Source: a virus (lineage: Duplodnaviria; Caudoviricetes). Taken from it: a DNA stretch of 44,537 bases. The DNA lies in the IMG/VR virus record IMGVR_UViG_3300043753_000013, positions 1 to 44,537 of that record, one strand, 5' to 3'. Shown here one piece after another: positions 1 to 10,091 of this stretch; within the stretch, counting starts at the first letter, position 1, and the number at the start of each line of letters is the position of its first letter. The notes under the pieces were generated by a model. That model was not told the origin of the DNA. It searched no databases and worked only from the letters and a program-made list of their open reading frames with translations. The position numbers were made by a program, and so were the translations under genes.

Positions 1-127
1 ACCGCTACAACAATGTCGGTCTCGACTGGTCGAATCCAACTTCCGTCACGGTCTCTGGCTGGCTCGACACCAATCAGCGAAAAATGAAGGAAGACATCAG
101 GGATCGGGACGAACTCGAATCTGACGG
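1..127 (+). repeat. Terminal direct repeat, copy 1 (circular assembly overlap)
   Basis: 1-127 is identical to 44411-44537 and lies inside a gene. Confidence 0.95.
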
Positions 128-284
128 AAACGCCTTCTTGCCGGCCGGGACGGATGTCCGCGGCACTGATCGCCTCATCATCAACGGGATTACCTATCAG
201 GTCTACGGCATCCCGGCTCCGGTCTATCGACCGGGATGGGGGCTTCATCATATTGAGTGCCGCATCAAGCGGTACGCAGGATGA
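1..284 (+). CDS. Head-closure/head-tail joining protein, 3' part (gene starts at 44350 and crosses the junction; about 114 aa)
   Basis: Frame is continuous from ATG 44350 (MSLDQILSIPIVIQRSGPGPDRYNN...); lies after the head-tail adaptor; typical DRL..G.TY.V.G.P...HH.E motif. Confidence 0.8.
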   Translation, partial: RYNNVGLDWSNPTSVTVSGWLDTNQRKMKEDIRDRDELESDGNAFLPAGTDVRGTDRLIINGITYQVYGIPAPVYRPGWGLHHIECRIKRYAG

Positions 285-694
285 GCCGTTTTGTGCTTGA
301 CCAGTCATGGGTGACTGAGGAGCTATATCAGAATGCTGCCCTACAGGATCTCGTCTCTGACACCGGTGAAGCCATCAGGGCCGAAGCTGTGCGTCTCGCA
401 GATCGAATCTCCGTCACGGGATCGTTCCGAAACTCGATCCATGGTGAGCTACTAAGCGCCAAGAACGGCGCCCCTTTCTATCGCGTCTGGTCCGATGACC
501 CTGGCGCTCTGGCAATCGAATTCGGTACCGCCAAGGGCCATAAGCCTCATCGGGTCCTTGGGCAAGCCATTGGCAAATGGTACGACGTCAACACGATGAG
601 ACATCCCGCGGTTGATCGGAAGCGCCGTAAGCGCAAAATCGAAAAATCCATTGATGCGTGGGTCGCATCCGTCCTCAAGAACAAGGGGAAGTGA
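281..694 (+). CDS. HK97 gp10-like neck/tail-completion protein
   Basis: TG.FRNSI and ALAIEFGT motifs; synteny; ATGA overlap with upstream stop. Confidence 0.7.
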   Translation: MSRFVLDQSWVTEELYQNAALQDLVSDTGEAIRAEAVRLADRISVTGSFRNSIHGELLSAKNGAPFYRVWSDDPGALAIEFGTAKGHKPHRVLGQAIGKWYDVNTMRHPAVDRKRRKRKIEKSIDAWVASVLKNKGK

Positions 695-1107
695 TGACCG
701 CTCCCGTTCTTCCTGATGCCGAAGACGTCCTGATTCAGTGGCTCTCAGCGCAAAGCGCGCTTGTCGGAGTCACGGTTTGCAGCAGTCTCCCGATTTCGTA
801 CGACGGCAGTCAGCGCGTGGTCCGCATCAATCGCCTTGGCGGTCCTGCCGATTTTCTCGGACACATCGACCGGCCACGGTTCGATGTCGACTGCTACGGC
901 CCATTCAAGGCCAGTGCATGGGATCTCACGGCGCTTGTGCGCCGGCTACTGCTGACGGATCTGATCCAAGGCGCCAATCTCTCTCAATGGTCGTGCTCGA
1001 TTTCCAACGTCCGTGAGGACGTTGGGCCCCAGTGGCTTGATGAGCCTGACTATCCCCCTGCTGGCCGGTACCTCACTCAAATCACGGCCGTAACCCACTC
1101 AGCCTAG
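694..1107 (+). CDS. Tail terminator protein
   Basis: PDAE..L, R.GG and DRPRFDVDCYG motifs; immediately upstream of the major tail gene. Confidence 0.75.
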   Translation: MTAPVLPDAEDVLIQWLSAQSALVGVTVCSSLPISYDGSQRVVRINRLGGPADFLGHIDRPRFDVDCYGPFKASAWDLTALVRRLLLTDLIQGANLSQWSCSISNVREDVGPQWLDEPDYPPAGRYLTQITAVTHSA

Positions 1108-1118
1108 GAGGGCTAAAT

Positions 1119-1694
1119 ATGGCTGTAACTGGCCAGACTACATCTCAGATTCGGGTGGCTGGCAACGGCCACCTTTACGTTGCCCCTGTCGGAACTGTTG
1201 CCCCAACCGACGTTGTCACTGCTTGGGGCGCCGGCTGGCAGGATCTCGGTTTCACCGATGAATCAGGCGTCGTCGTAGGCAAGAAGGACAGCTGGGATTC
1301 CATCAATCTCTGGCAGACCACTGTAGCTGCCCGGATGGTCCCGAAGAGCCGTGCCTTTACTGCCAAGTTCACGCTTGAGCAGATCAACGCGGTGACCTTG
1401 CCCCTTTGGGCTGGCGGTGGTGTTGTGCAGACCAATGGTGCCAGCGGCTATCTCTACACCATCTCTGAGACTCTCCAGTCCTATGAGAGGGCCCTTGGGA
1501 TTGAGTGGACTGACAACAACGGTGCGATCACTACTCGAATCATCATTCCGCGTGGTCAGGTCTCCGATACTACGGATATTTCGCTGACCCGCGATAAGGC
1601 GGCGTCTCTCGGCATCACCTATGACGCCCTCGGCATCGATGGAGTGACTCCGCTGGTCTATTGGTACAGCAATGATCCTTCCCTGACTCCCTGA
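1119..1694 (+). CDS. Major tail (tube) protein
   Basis: AGGAGG RBS; G.LYVAPVGT..P...W.DLG..DE.GV motif typical of actinophage tail tube proteins. Confidence 0.88.
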   Translation: MAVTGQTTSQIRVAGNGHLYVAPVGTVAPTDVVTAWGAGWQDLGFTDESGVVVGKKDSWDSINLWQTTVAARMVPKSRAFTAKFTLEQINAVTLPLWAGGGVVQTNGASGYLYTISETLQSYERALGIEWTDNNGAITTRIIIPRGQVSDTTDISLTRDKAASLGITYDALGIDGVTPLVYWYSNDPSLTP

Positions 1695-1713
1695 TCTCTT
1701 TTTTGCCATCAAA

Positions 1714-1727
1714 CGCAACGCTTGACA
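1714..1727 (+). promoter_or_regulatory. 14-bp operator/stoperator-like site CGCAACGCTTGACA
   Basis: Exact copy of the genome-wide motif; intergenic; oriented with transcription. Confidence 0.7.
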
Positions 1728-1751
1728 GTCTCTCTTGGAGGTAGCTTCCTA

Positions 1752-2057
1752 ATGGTTTTTGATGTCAACGCCGCCCGCGCTCAGCGCCTTGAGGCGCACG
1801 GCGCCTCCTTCGATTTCGTCCTTGATGGTGAGAGCTTTTCTCTCCCGACTGAGCTTGATGTAACTGCGCTGGAGAAGATGAAGTCTCTTGACGAGACCGA
1901 TCTTCGTGGCGTCCTTGGCGCCGTAATGGGCGATGCGAGCGCGGTTGAGCGCCTTTTTGCCCACAAGCTCTCTGTCCAGGACGTTAAGGCCGTGCTTGAC
2001 GCCTGGCGCGCGGCGACTGGCGCGAGCGTGGGGGAAGGCTCGCCCTCTGCGAGCTGA
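1752..2057 (+). CDS. Tail assembly chaperone (gpG-like)
   Basis: Between major tail and tape measure genes; GGAGG RBS; ends just after a GGGGGAA slippery site. Confidence 0.85.
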   Translation: MVFDVNAARAQRLEAHGASFDFVLDGESFSLPTELDVTALEKMKSLDETDLRGVLGAVMGDASAVERLFAHKLSVQDVKAVLDAWRAATGASVGEGSPSAS

Positions 2058-2419
2058 TTGAAAAGCACGCAGAGGCTCTAGAGGTTGACCTGCCCCGCTA
2101 CTACGGGGTGGACATCTACGAATGGCATCGAGGAAAAATCTCTACCCGTCGCATGCTCAATTGGATTCGGCGACTACCGGCGGATTCTGAGCTGTCGAAG
2201 GAGATCCACGGGATCTCCCCGGAAGAGGCCTCCTGGTCTCGGACCGATCACCTTCTGGCGATTGCCGCTGATCATCTGGCAGTCGGAAATTGGATGTTTG
2301 CGTCCGCGAATTCCGATGACACCCCTGAGCGTCCCATTCCGATTCCGCGTCCCGGCTCCGAGCCGGACGTGATGCCCGAAAGCTCTGTCGCCGACCAGGC
2401 GGCTTTTTTTATGTCCTAG
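2030..2419 (+). CDS. Tail assembly chaperone extension (gpGT) via programmed -1 frameshift
   Basis: GGGGGAA at 2030-2036; the -1 frame is open from there to 2419 (GRLALCELIEKHAEALEVDLPRYYGVDI...). Confidence 0.8.
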   Translation, partial: GGRLALCELIEKHAEALEVDLPRYYGVDIYEWHRGKISTRRMLNWIRRLPADSELSKEIHGISPEEASWSRTDHLLAIAADHLAVGNWMFASANSDDTPERPIPIPRPGSEPDVMPESSVADQAAFFMS

Positions 2420-2434
2420 GTGAGGTGAGATTTG

Positions 2435-5400
2435 ATGGCGGGTAGTACTGCCGCGCGGTCCGCGGGTGTTGCTTACATCGATCTTGCCGTAGGCGACACG
2501 AAGAAACTTCTTGACGGTATCAATCAGGTGGTTCGTCAGGCTGCTGACGCCGCCCAGGCGGAGCTAGGTCGGGGACTCGATGTCTCCGGCCATGTCGGAT
2601 CCTTTTCGGCGGTTGTTGACGCGGCTGAGTCTGCATCTCAGGCCGCGGCGACAGCCATCTCCGAAGGGCTCAAGGGCTCCGTACAAGAGTCTTCGGCGGT
2701 CATCGCCGAGAGCATTACCGAGACTGTCTCAGAGGCTGCTACAGCGGCCTCTGCATCCCTTGTAAGTACTCTTGCGGATGCCGGCCGACAGGCCGGCGAA
2801 CAGCTGGCCCTGGACTTTGAAGAGGCCACCCGAGATGTCCAATTGCCCCTCTTCGATGAAGAGGCGGTTACTCAGGCAACCGAGCAAGCGCGGATAGCCG
2901 CTGAAGAGCTTGCTCGTGAATTCAACATCCAGCTTGCACGCGACATGGACGCGTCGAACGCGTCCCTCGGGAATGTCTTCTCATCCTTCCATTTTCAGGG
3001 ACTGACGGAGGAAGCCAAGGGCCTTTCGGATGCCCTGACTGGCGGCCTTCGATTTGCCGCTACTGGAGTCGGAGGCATTGCCTCCGATATGGGTAGCACC
3101 ATCTTTGCGAAGCTCAAGGCTGCTGGCGATCAGGGCGGCAGCGCCATGACGAAGTCCTTCGAGGAATTCAAACAGGGTGTTACCTACTCGGTCGGATCCT
3201 GGGGTATCGGCTTCGCCATCGGCAACTCGATCTCAACTGCGGTGTCTTCCGCGCTGAGCTTCGCCAAGAGCGCGGTTATCGACTTCAACTCACAGTTGCA
3301 GTCGTCGCAGATTTCTTTCGGGACCCTGCTGGGATCCGACTCTGCCGGCTCGGACATGCTCAACCAGATCAAGCAATTTGCGTTGTCGACGCCGTATCAG
3401 TTCGGTGACCTGATTACTGCTTCTCAGAAGCTTCTTGCCCTCGGCATCAGTGCCAAGAACATTATCCCCGATCTTCGTGGTCTGGGTGATGCGACTTCCG
3501 CCCTTGGGGGCGACTCAGCAAAGCTCAACGAAGTCACCAACATTTTTGGTGAGATGCAGAGCAAGGGCCAGATCATGGAAGCTCAGATTCGTGAGCTTCA
3601 GATCCGCGGCATCCCGGCGCTCCAGATTCTCGCCAATGAGTACGGCGTCAGTACGACGCAATTTCAGGGCATGGTCAAGCAAGGCAAGATCATGGCTGAC
3701 GATGCCCTGCCGAAGCTGATTGATGGCCTTGAGCACGGGACGAAGTCCACCCAGGCTATGGGTGGCGAAATGGCGAAGCAGAGCCTCACCTTCAAGGGCT
3801 CAATGTCCAACCTGAAGGATGGGGTAACGCAGTTCGCCGCCGGTGCCGGGAAGCCGGTCTTCGATTTGGTGAATGGCCTCACTGCGAAGCTTGCCAGCAT
3901 GGCTTCTGGCGGACAGCTTCAGAGGTTTATTGGCCCGATATCGAGCGGCATCACTCGTGGAATCGGGGATGCCGAGCGATTCGTTTCGAAGCTAGTCTCC
4001 GATCTGCGGCCGGCAGCTCCACTAGTCAAGGATCTCGTAGAGGGATTCGGCAAGTTCTCCATTGCTCGATCCATCTTCCAGGCTCTTGGTCCGGCGATTC
4101 TCGTCGTTGCGCAGGCCATCGGGGCCATTGGACACAACCAAATTGCCGCGAAGGTCATTGCCGACCTGGTACAGGGCTTTCTGGCGCTGACGGCCGCACA
4201 GAAGGCCTTCAACGTCGTTATGGCTATCACGGACGCGTTGATGGACATGAGCTTGTTCGGGCAAATTGCTCTCGGCGTCACGCTACTCGTTGTTGGCTTC
4301 GTTGCTCTCTACCAGCACTCAAAAACGTTCCGAAACATCCTCGCCGGCATCGGCGATGTTGCGAAGATTGTTTGGTCTGCGCTGGTAACGGCGTTCGACG
4401 CCGTGGTGCACTTCTTTGCTCGGATCTTCAGTAGCGGCCCTGCCAAGGACTTTGCCGCAGGAGTCATGACGTCCATAAAGACGGTTGGATCCGTCTTTGT
4501 CTGGCTCTGGAGCAATGTCCTTTCGCCGACTGCTTCGGCGATCGGAGCGATATTTGTTTGGCTTTGGAGAAACGTTTTTGCGCCGGTCGTCTCAGCGATC
4601 GTCGCGAGCGTCAAGTTTGTCGGTGGCATCTTTGTTTGGCTGTGGCAGAACGTCATTAAGCCAGTCGTCGATGGAATCTGGTTCGCGCTGCGGCTGCTGT
4701 TCGTCCTTATATTTACGTTGCTGGTCACGCCGTTCGTAATTGCCTATCACATCCTGGAGCCGTACCTCAAGGCACTGGGACAGGCCTTCTCCTGGGCTTT
4801 TAGCGAGATAGCCAAGGGAGCCGAATGGCTCTGGAAGAACGCCCTCAAACCTGCCTTTGACGCCGTCGCTGGCGGCGCAATGTGGCTTTGGAAAAATGCC
4901 TTGCAGCCAGCATTTGATGCGATAGCCGGTCTCTTTACCGGCAAGATCTCAACGGTCATCGCGAAGTTCTGGCACAGCGATATTGAGCCCGCCTTCAAGG
5001 CGATCGCAGGCCTGGCAATGTGGCTGTGGAAGAACATTCTTGAACCTGACTTCCTCGGCATCTATCTGCTTCTCGGCTGGCTCGGATCCGTCTTTGTCTG
5101 GCTCTGGAAAGAGGCTATTAAGCCGGCCTTCGACGCCATAGCTGATGCAGCTGTTTGGCTGTGGAAGAATGCTCTTGGCCCCGCCTTCGGCTACATCTAC
5201 GATGGCGTCCACTGGCTCTACGATGAGGCAATCAAGCCCGTCTTCGACCTCATCGGTAAGGCGGCCAAGTGGCTCTACGACAATGCCTTGAAGCCAGCAT
5301 TCGACGATTTCGTCAACGGACTCAAGGTCATCGGAGACTGGGCGAAGAAGCTCTATGACGAAGATATCAAGCCGGTCTTCGACAAGGTCGGCAAGGTCAT

Positions 5401-6724
5401 CTCCGAGACTCTATCGGATGCCAAAAAGGGCTTTGATGATGCTGTCTCTGGTATCAAGTCCGCGTGGGGCGGACTGGTCGACGTCCTGAAGGGCCCCGTC
5501 TCCTTCCTGGTCAATACTGTTTATACCAACGGTATTGAGGAAGTCTGGAATTACATTGCGGACAAGGTCGGCATTCCGAAGTTGCCGGACGCTCCACACT
5601 TTGCTGATGGTGGTGTTGTTGCCGGCCCGCGGTCTGCGGGCGACTGGATTCCGCTCTATGCCACTGCCGGCGAAGGCATCCTGACAGTCGATGAGATGGC
5701 CGCCCTCGGCGGCCCTTCTGGATTCGCAGCACTGCGGTCCTTGCTGGGCAACAACGGGACTTCGTCCCGGGATGGCCATTTCAAGGATGGCGGAATCGTC
5801 GACTCTCTCTGGAATAAGGTGAAGAGCGGCGCGAAGACGCTTGGAAACGGGCTCAGTGATGGTCTCGGATCCTTGGAGTCTTTCGCTTCCCGGATCACGA
5901 CAGGCGCGCTTCAGGGCGTCGCCAAGGACATGCTTCAGCCCGTTCTCAATGGACTGAGCGACATGATGCCTGGTCCGCAGACCACGCTGAAGAACTTGAT
6001 CACCGGGATTCCAAAGGCTCTCGTCGACAAGCTTCTCGGATGGTTTGGCCAGAAGGACCAAAGCGATCAGAAGAAGGCCGCGGCCGGCGTTCCGGCCGAC
6101 GTTGCTGAATGGATTAGTCAGGCCGAGACTGCTGCTGGTGTCGGTATCGATTGGACTGCTGGTCTTGCTCAGATCATCAGCCATGAGTCTGGTGGCAACC
6201 CAATGGCCATCAACTTGACGGACAGCAATGCCGCAGCCGGCGATCCGAGCCGCGGCCTCATGCAGACCATCATGAGCACCTTTGAATCCTTCCGGCTTCC
6301 GAGCCTGCCGGACGATATCTATGATCCGATCTCCAATATCGTGGCCGGAATTTTTTACATCAAAAACCGCTATGGATCCATCGGCAATGTTCCCGGCCTC
6401 AAGGCGCTGGCCGCTGGTCGGCCCTACGTTGGTTATGCGACTGGAACCGATTCCGCGATGCCTGGTTGGGCATGGGTCGGCGAAAACGGCCCGGAACTGA
6501 TGAAGTTCTCCGGCGGGGAGAGCGTTGTTCCTTCTCGGCAGAGCATCGATATTGCTCGCCAGTGGACGGCTCCCCGGTATTCGTCTCCGGAGCACGGCAG
6601 TCAGCCGGCACCAATCGTCAACGTGTTCATTGATGGCGAGAAGTTCGATGGTCGCATCGACGTCAAGATTGATCGGAACAACAGTCAGTTGGCCCAAATC
6701 CTGAACGGGGGTGTCATGGCGTGA
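2435..6724 (+). CDS. Tape measure protein with C-terminal lytic transglycosylase (SLT-like) domain
   Basis: About 1430 aa; tape-measure domain (FA..TPY), periodic WLW repeats, HESGGNP.AIN..D.NA..G.PSRGLMQ motif. Confidence 0.95.
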   Translation: MAGSTAARSAGVAYIDLAVGDTKKLLDGINQVVRQAADAAQAELGRGLDVSGHVGSFSAVVDAAESASQAAATAISEGLKGSVQESSAVIAESITETVSEAATAASASLVSTLADAGRQAGEQLALDFEEATRDVQLPLFDEEAVTQATEQARIAAEELAREFNIQLARDMDASNASLGNVFSSFHFQGLTEEAKGLSDALTGGLRFAATGVGGIASDMGSTIFAKLKAAGDQGGSAMTKSFEEFKQGVTYSVGSWGIGFAIGNSISTAVSSALSFAKSAVIDFNSQLQSSQISFGTLLGSDSAGSDMLNQIKQFALSTPYQFGDLITASQKLLALGISAKNIIPDLRGLGDATSALGGDSAKLNEVTNIFGEMQSKGQIMEAQIRELQIRGIPALQILANEYGVSTTQFQGMVKQGKIMADDALPKLIDGLEHGTKSTQAMGGEMAKQSLTFKGSMSNLKDGVTQFAAGAGKPVFDLVNGLTAKLASMASGGQLQRFIGPISSGITRGIGDAERFVSKLVSDLRPAAPLVKDLVEGFGKFSIARSIFQALGPAILVVAQAIGAIGHNQIAAKVIADLVQGFLALTAAQKAFNVVMAITDALMDMSLFGQIALGVTLLVVGFVALYQHSKTFRNILAGIGDVAKIVWSALVTAFDAVVHFFARIFSSGPAKDFAAGVMTSIKTVGSVFVWLWSNVLSPTASAIGAIFVWLWRNVFAPVVSAIVASVKFVGGIFVWLWQNVIKPVVDGIWFALRLLFVLIFTLLVTPFVIAYHILEPYLKALGQAFSWAFSEIAKGAEWLWKNALKPAFDAVAGGAMWLWKNALQPAFDAIAGLFTGKISTVIAKFWHSDIEPAFKAIAGLAMWLWKNILEPDFLGIYLLLGWLGSVFVWLWKEAIKPAFDAIADAAVWLWKNALGPAFGYIYDGVHWLYDEAIKPVFDLIGKAAKWLYDNALKPAFDDFVNGLKVIGDWAKKLYDEDIKPVFDKVGKVISETLSDAKKGFDDAVSGIKSAWGGLVDVLKGPVSFLVNTVYTNGIEEVWNYIADKVGIPKLPDAPHFADGGVVAGPRSAGDWIPLYATAGEGILTVDEMAALGGPSGFAALRSLLGNNGTSSRDGHFKDGGIVDSLWNKVKSGAKTLGNGLSDGLGSLESFASRITTGALQGVAKDMLQPVLNGLSDMMPGPQTTLKNLITGIPKALVDKLLGWFGQKDQSDQKKAAAGVPADVAEWISQAETAAGVGIDWTAGLAQIISHESGGNPMAINLTDSNAAAGDPSRGLMQTIMSTFESFRLPSLPDDIYDPISNIVAGIFYIKNRYGSIGNVPGLKALAAGRPYVGYATGTDSAMPGWAWVGENGPELMKFSGGESVVPSRQSIDIARQWTAPRYSSPEHGSQPAPIVNVFIDGEKFDGRIDVKIDRNNSQLAQILNGGVMA

Positions 6725-7539
6725 CGTTGGTCATCACTGGCACCCCCAATCAGGGGCTTGCCTACATTTCCCTATCGGTCTCTGGTCTCACCGGATACGA
6801 CACGGTGGCAGTCCAGAGGACGAACGCTGACGGCTCTCAGGTCATCATTCGATCCTGCAACTACGTCAGCACCGGTGGTGCTGATAGCTGGGCTGGGTTC
6901 GATCTTGAGGCCTCTCTCGGCGTCAACGTCACATACACGGTGATTGCCCAGACACACAATGCTGACGGGTCGATTACGACAGGGTCCGCATCGAGCGGCC
7001 CCGTGATGATCCCGACTCAGAACGGCGTTGGCTGGCTCAAGAACCTCTCCCAGGCCGCGCTGAACGCGCAAGTCAGTCTTCAGGCCCTATCGGACGTCAA
7101 AACAGATGCAAGGACGCAGATCTATCCGGTCATCGGCAGGAAGAATCCCGTCGTGATCTCGGACGTCCGTGGCGGACGGACCGGATCCGTCAGCCTTATG
7201 ACGACTGGGACAACTGACTATCAGGCTGTCTCTGCTCTTCTGGCATCTGGCACGACGCTCTTCCTCCAGGCCACTCCTGCTGACGGCCTCGCCGATCTCT
7301 ACTTTGTGGCTGGATCCGTGACGGAGCATCGGCCGGCAGACGTCAGTACGGACTTCACGAGGATCTGGACTGTCGATTTCACCGAGGTCGATTCGCCATC
7401 TGGGGCCCTCACGTCGATTCCCGGCAACTCGTACGCCGCCGTGGTCTCTTTCGGAACCTATCAGGCCCTCCTCAACGACCGAGCAACGTATCTCGATGTC
7501 CTCAACACGCCTTACGGTTCTGGACCTGGTGGTGCTTGA
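6721..7539 (+). CDS. Minor tail protein (distal tail-like)
   Basis: Directly follows the tape measure gene; V.GR..PVV.SDVR motif. Confidence 0.7.
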   Translation: MTLVITGTPNQGLAYISLSVSGLTGYDTVAVQRTNADGSQVIIRSCNYVSTGGADSWAGFDLEASLGVNVTYTVIAQTHNADGSITTGSASSGPVMIPTQNGVGWLKNLSQAALNAQVSLQALSDVKTDARTQIYPVIGRKNPVVISDVRGGRTGSVSLMTTGTTDYQAVSALLASGTTLFLQATPADGLADLYFVAGSVTEHRPADVSTDFTRIWTVDFTEVDSPSGALTSIPGNSYAAVVSFGTYQALLNDRATYLDVLNTPYGSGPGGA

Positions 7540-8738
7540 TGCAGCCTGTCTCAAGCCGCTTTCTGGCGGCCCTCAGGGGGCCATACGTTCGAACCGTAAC
7601 GGCTGATCTCTACTACAGCCGCGCACTCGTTGTATCTGGCCTTCCGATCGTGGATGGGTCCATCACGGTAGACCGGACGAGTAAAACTCGCCGGTCCGGA
7701 TCAGTGACGATCGGTGATCCGACTTTCTATCCCACCTTCGCTGGCTCCCCTCTCGCGCCATATGGCGCTGAGCTGAATATCAAATGGGGCATCCGCTACC
7801 CGGATGGTACGACCGAGAACGTCAGTCTCGGATGGTTCAGAATCCAGGATGTGAGTCAGGAGACGGCGCCTTCACAGTCCAATGGCGGTCTCCCTGTCGT
7901 CGACTTTTTTGACCGCTCTCAGGCGGTCGATGATGCAGGATTTCTTGACCCTATCGACCGTGGCGGCGTCAGAGTAACCAGTCTCCTGACTCACCTGATT
8001 CAGGATGTCGTTCCTTATGCTGCGGTCAGCATCTCTTCGGGCCTCGTCGACGGGACCGTCCCCGGAGGGGTGACATTTGATGGGTCTCGGTGGGATGCCG
8101 TCACGGCATGCGCCGGCTATCTCTTGGCGGACGCCTACTTTGACGTCACTGGAAATCTTGCAGTCGTCCCCGTTCCGAGTCTCACTCAGTCGACTCCGAC
8201 CAGTGCAGCAGTTTGGACAATGGATGCGAGCACGCCGGCCGCGGTAGCGGCAGGCGGATCCTCGACAGGCGTCCTGGTTTCCGCGAAGCGATCCGTCTCC
8301 CGTGCTGGCGTCTACAACGCGGTCAGCGCCTACGGCGCAACTACCGGAAGTGCGGCTCCGCCTACCGGCTACGCCGTTGATACCGACCCCCGGAGCCCGA
8401 CCTATTTCGGTCCCTCACCAAACTATGGGAATCCTGCCTCGAATAGCGCCTTCGGCGCTCAGACCTACCGATACTCGAACAATCTCCTGACGACGAATGC
8501 CCAGTGCCAGGCAGCTGCTCAAACGCAGCTGTCCAACTTCCTTGGTCTTGCTCGAAGTCTCTCCTTCGTCACCTGTCCGAATCCGGCCCTTGAGGCCGGA
8601 GACATTGTTCAGGTGGTCTACCCCGACGGAAAGAAGGAGCTTCATCTATTGGACTCCTTCACAATTCCCCTGGGGCCTTCGGCACAGTTTTCCGGCACGA
8701 CCAGGACTCTTACCTATCAGCTGAGTGGGGGAACGTAA
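7539..8738 (+). CDS. Minor tail/baseplate hub protein (DUF5047-like)
   Basis: M.PVS.RFL.AL start; GSITVDR...RRSG and LAPYG.EL motifs; C-terminal PNPALEAGD. Confidence 0.75.
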   Translation: MQPVSSRFLAALRGPYVRTVTADLYYSRALVVSGLPIVDGSITVDRTSKTRRSGSVTIGDPTFYPTFAGSPLAPYGAELNIKWGIRYPDGTTENVSLGWFRIQDVSQETAPSQSNGGLPVVDFFDRSQAVDDAGFLDPIDRGGVRVTSLLTHLIQDVVPYAAVSISSGLVDGTVPGGVTFDGSRWDAVTACAGYLLADAYFDVTGNLAVVPVPSLTQSTPTSAAVWTMDASTPAAVAAGGSSTGVLVSAKRSVSRAGVYNAVSAYGATTGSAAPPTGYAVDTDPRSPTYFGPSPNYGNPASNSAFGAQTYRYSNNLLTTNAQCQAAAQTQLSNFLGLARSLSFVTCPNPALEAGDIVQVVYPDGKKELHLLDSFTIPLGPSAQFSGTTRTLTYQLSGGT

Positions 8739-9049
8739 TGACGGCTTCCAGGGGCCTACAGCGCCTTGCGCGGGCAATCGCCCAGAGCCCACGGAACAGC
8801 CCGGTAGCGGCCGGCGTAGACGGCGCCATGAGGTTCTATAGCGGGATCTTTCAGGGGTCCGAAACGGTCGACTCGAATCTTTCCCGCATCACGATCGGGT
8901 CCAACAGCTTCCGATTCGTCCCACGCCTCTCTGGCGCATGGTCGTCCCCACCAAATCCGGGGACGACCCTTCTTATCGGCTCCCTGAAGGGGAGCCTCAT
9001 CATTCTCGGCGCCCAAGCGGGCGATGTAACAAAGGCGGTTTCTTCATGA
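8738..9049 (+). CDS. Minor tail protein (putative spike)
   Basis: Coupled to neighbouring genes within the tail module. Confidence 0.55.
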   Translation: MTASRGLQRLARAIAQSPRNSPVAAGVDGAMRFYSGIFQGSETVDSNLSRITIGSNSFRFVPRLSGAWSSPPNPGTTLLIGSLKGSLIILGAQAGDVTKAVSS

Positions 9050-9441
9050 CTAATCCTGCTCCTACGTGGACTCCCCTTACTGCGTATGACAACTTCAATC
9101 CGCCGATTCCGACCAACCTGGATCCGAACTGGACTTACCCGGACTACGTGACGACCGGCATCGAACCGGTCGTCACCGGCATTCCTGCGGGGACCCCCAA
9201 CTATCCGGTGTTCCATATTGGTCGAGTCATTGACCAGGGTGCAGATGCCGGCACTTGGAAGGTCCGGACCCAGGATGGCTGGCTGCTGGATAGTTTCCTT
9301 CCGCATGCTAGCTATTCGGTCGGAGACTTCATGCTCCTTGTGGTTTGTGGGCAATGGGCGGTTGACCTCGGTCAGCGGACCTATCTCCCGGCGACTCCGC
9401 CGATTCCCGCATATGTGCCGGCCCCGCCGGTCACTCCGTAA
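9046..9441 (+). CDS. Minor tail protein, Pro-rich
   Basis: ATGA overlap with upstream gene; tail module. Confidence 0.55.
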   Translation: MTNPAPTWTPLTAYDNFNPPIPTNLDPNWTYPDYVTTGIEPVVTGIPAGTPNYPVFHIGRVIDQGADAGTWKVRTQDGWLLDSFLPHASYSVGDFMLLVVCGQWAVDLGQRTYLPATPPIPAYVPAPPVTP

Positions 9442-9449
9442 GGAGCTAA

Positions 9450-10082
9450 GTGTCAGCTAATACCCCTAAGGCCGGGCTCACTTATCCAGCGCTATCGGAT
9501 CCCCCGAACATTCCTCAGAATCTGAATGTCCTGGCGACCCAGCTCGATGGAATGATCGTTCCGACCTATGCGACCGCTGCGGCACAAACCGCAGCCAATC
9601 CGACGCCGAAGGCGGGAGACGTCTGCTACCGCTCCGATCTCGTCTGCTATGAGACATACAACGGCTCCGCCTGGATTCCCTTCGGCACATCTGCATGGAC
9701 GGCCTTCACTCCAGTCTGGAATGGGGTCCAAACGATGGGATCGGCCGTCTCTGCTGGCCGCTATCGCCAAATGGGCAAAACGGTTGACTTGATCGCTTCG
9801 CTGACTTATGGCGCCAATTCTGTGTGGGGTTCCGGAGCTGTCACGGTCAACCTTCCAGCCGCCGCTTCTTCGGCTGGTGGGGCTCACTGGATCGGCGGTG
9901 GCGTCTTCGTGACGTCCAGCACCTGGACCAACTTGACATGCGAGATCAGCGCAGGCAACAACACTGTCCACATCCACGCTCTCAACGCCTCGAATCAGGC
10001 GTTGGAGGAGGTCTATCAGGCCGGCCTTTCGTGGGCCACTGGATCAGTCGCGAATCTGCAAATAACCTACGAGATTCCCTAA
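9450..10082 (+). CDS. Tail fibre/receptor-binding-like protein
   Basis: T...GL.YP..SD.PNIP N-terminus; W..FTP.W...GRY...GKTV beta-rich C-terminus; AAGGAG RBS. Confidence 0.7.
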   Translation: MSANTPKAGLTYPALSDPPNIPQNLNVLATQLDGMIVPTYATAAAQTAANPTPKAGDVCYRSDLVCYETYNGSAWIPFGTSAWTAFTPVWNGVQTMGSAVSAGRYRQMGKTVDLIASLTYGANSVWGSGAVTVNLPAAASSAGGAHWIGGGVFVTSSTWTNLTCEISAGNNTVHIHALNASNQALEEVYQAGLSWATGSVANLQITYEIP

Positions 10083-10091
10083 GGAGGTTTC

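Noticed and set aside
5411-6697. 428-aa antisense ORF within the tape measure gene
   Set aside because: Shadow ORF from GC-rich codon bias; no RBS or recognisable motif
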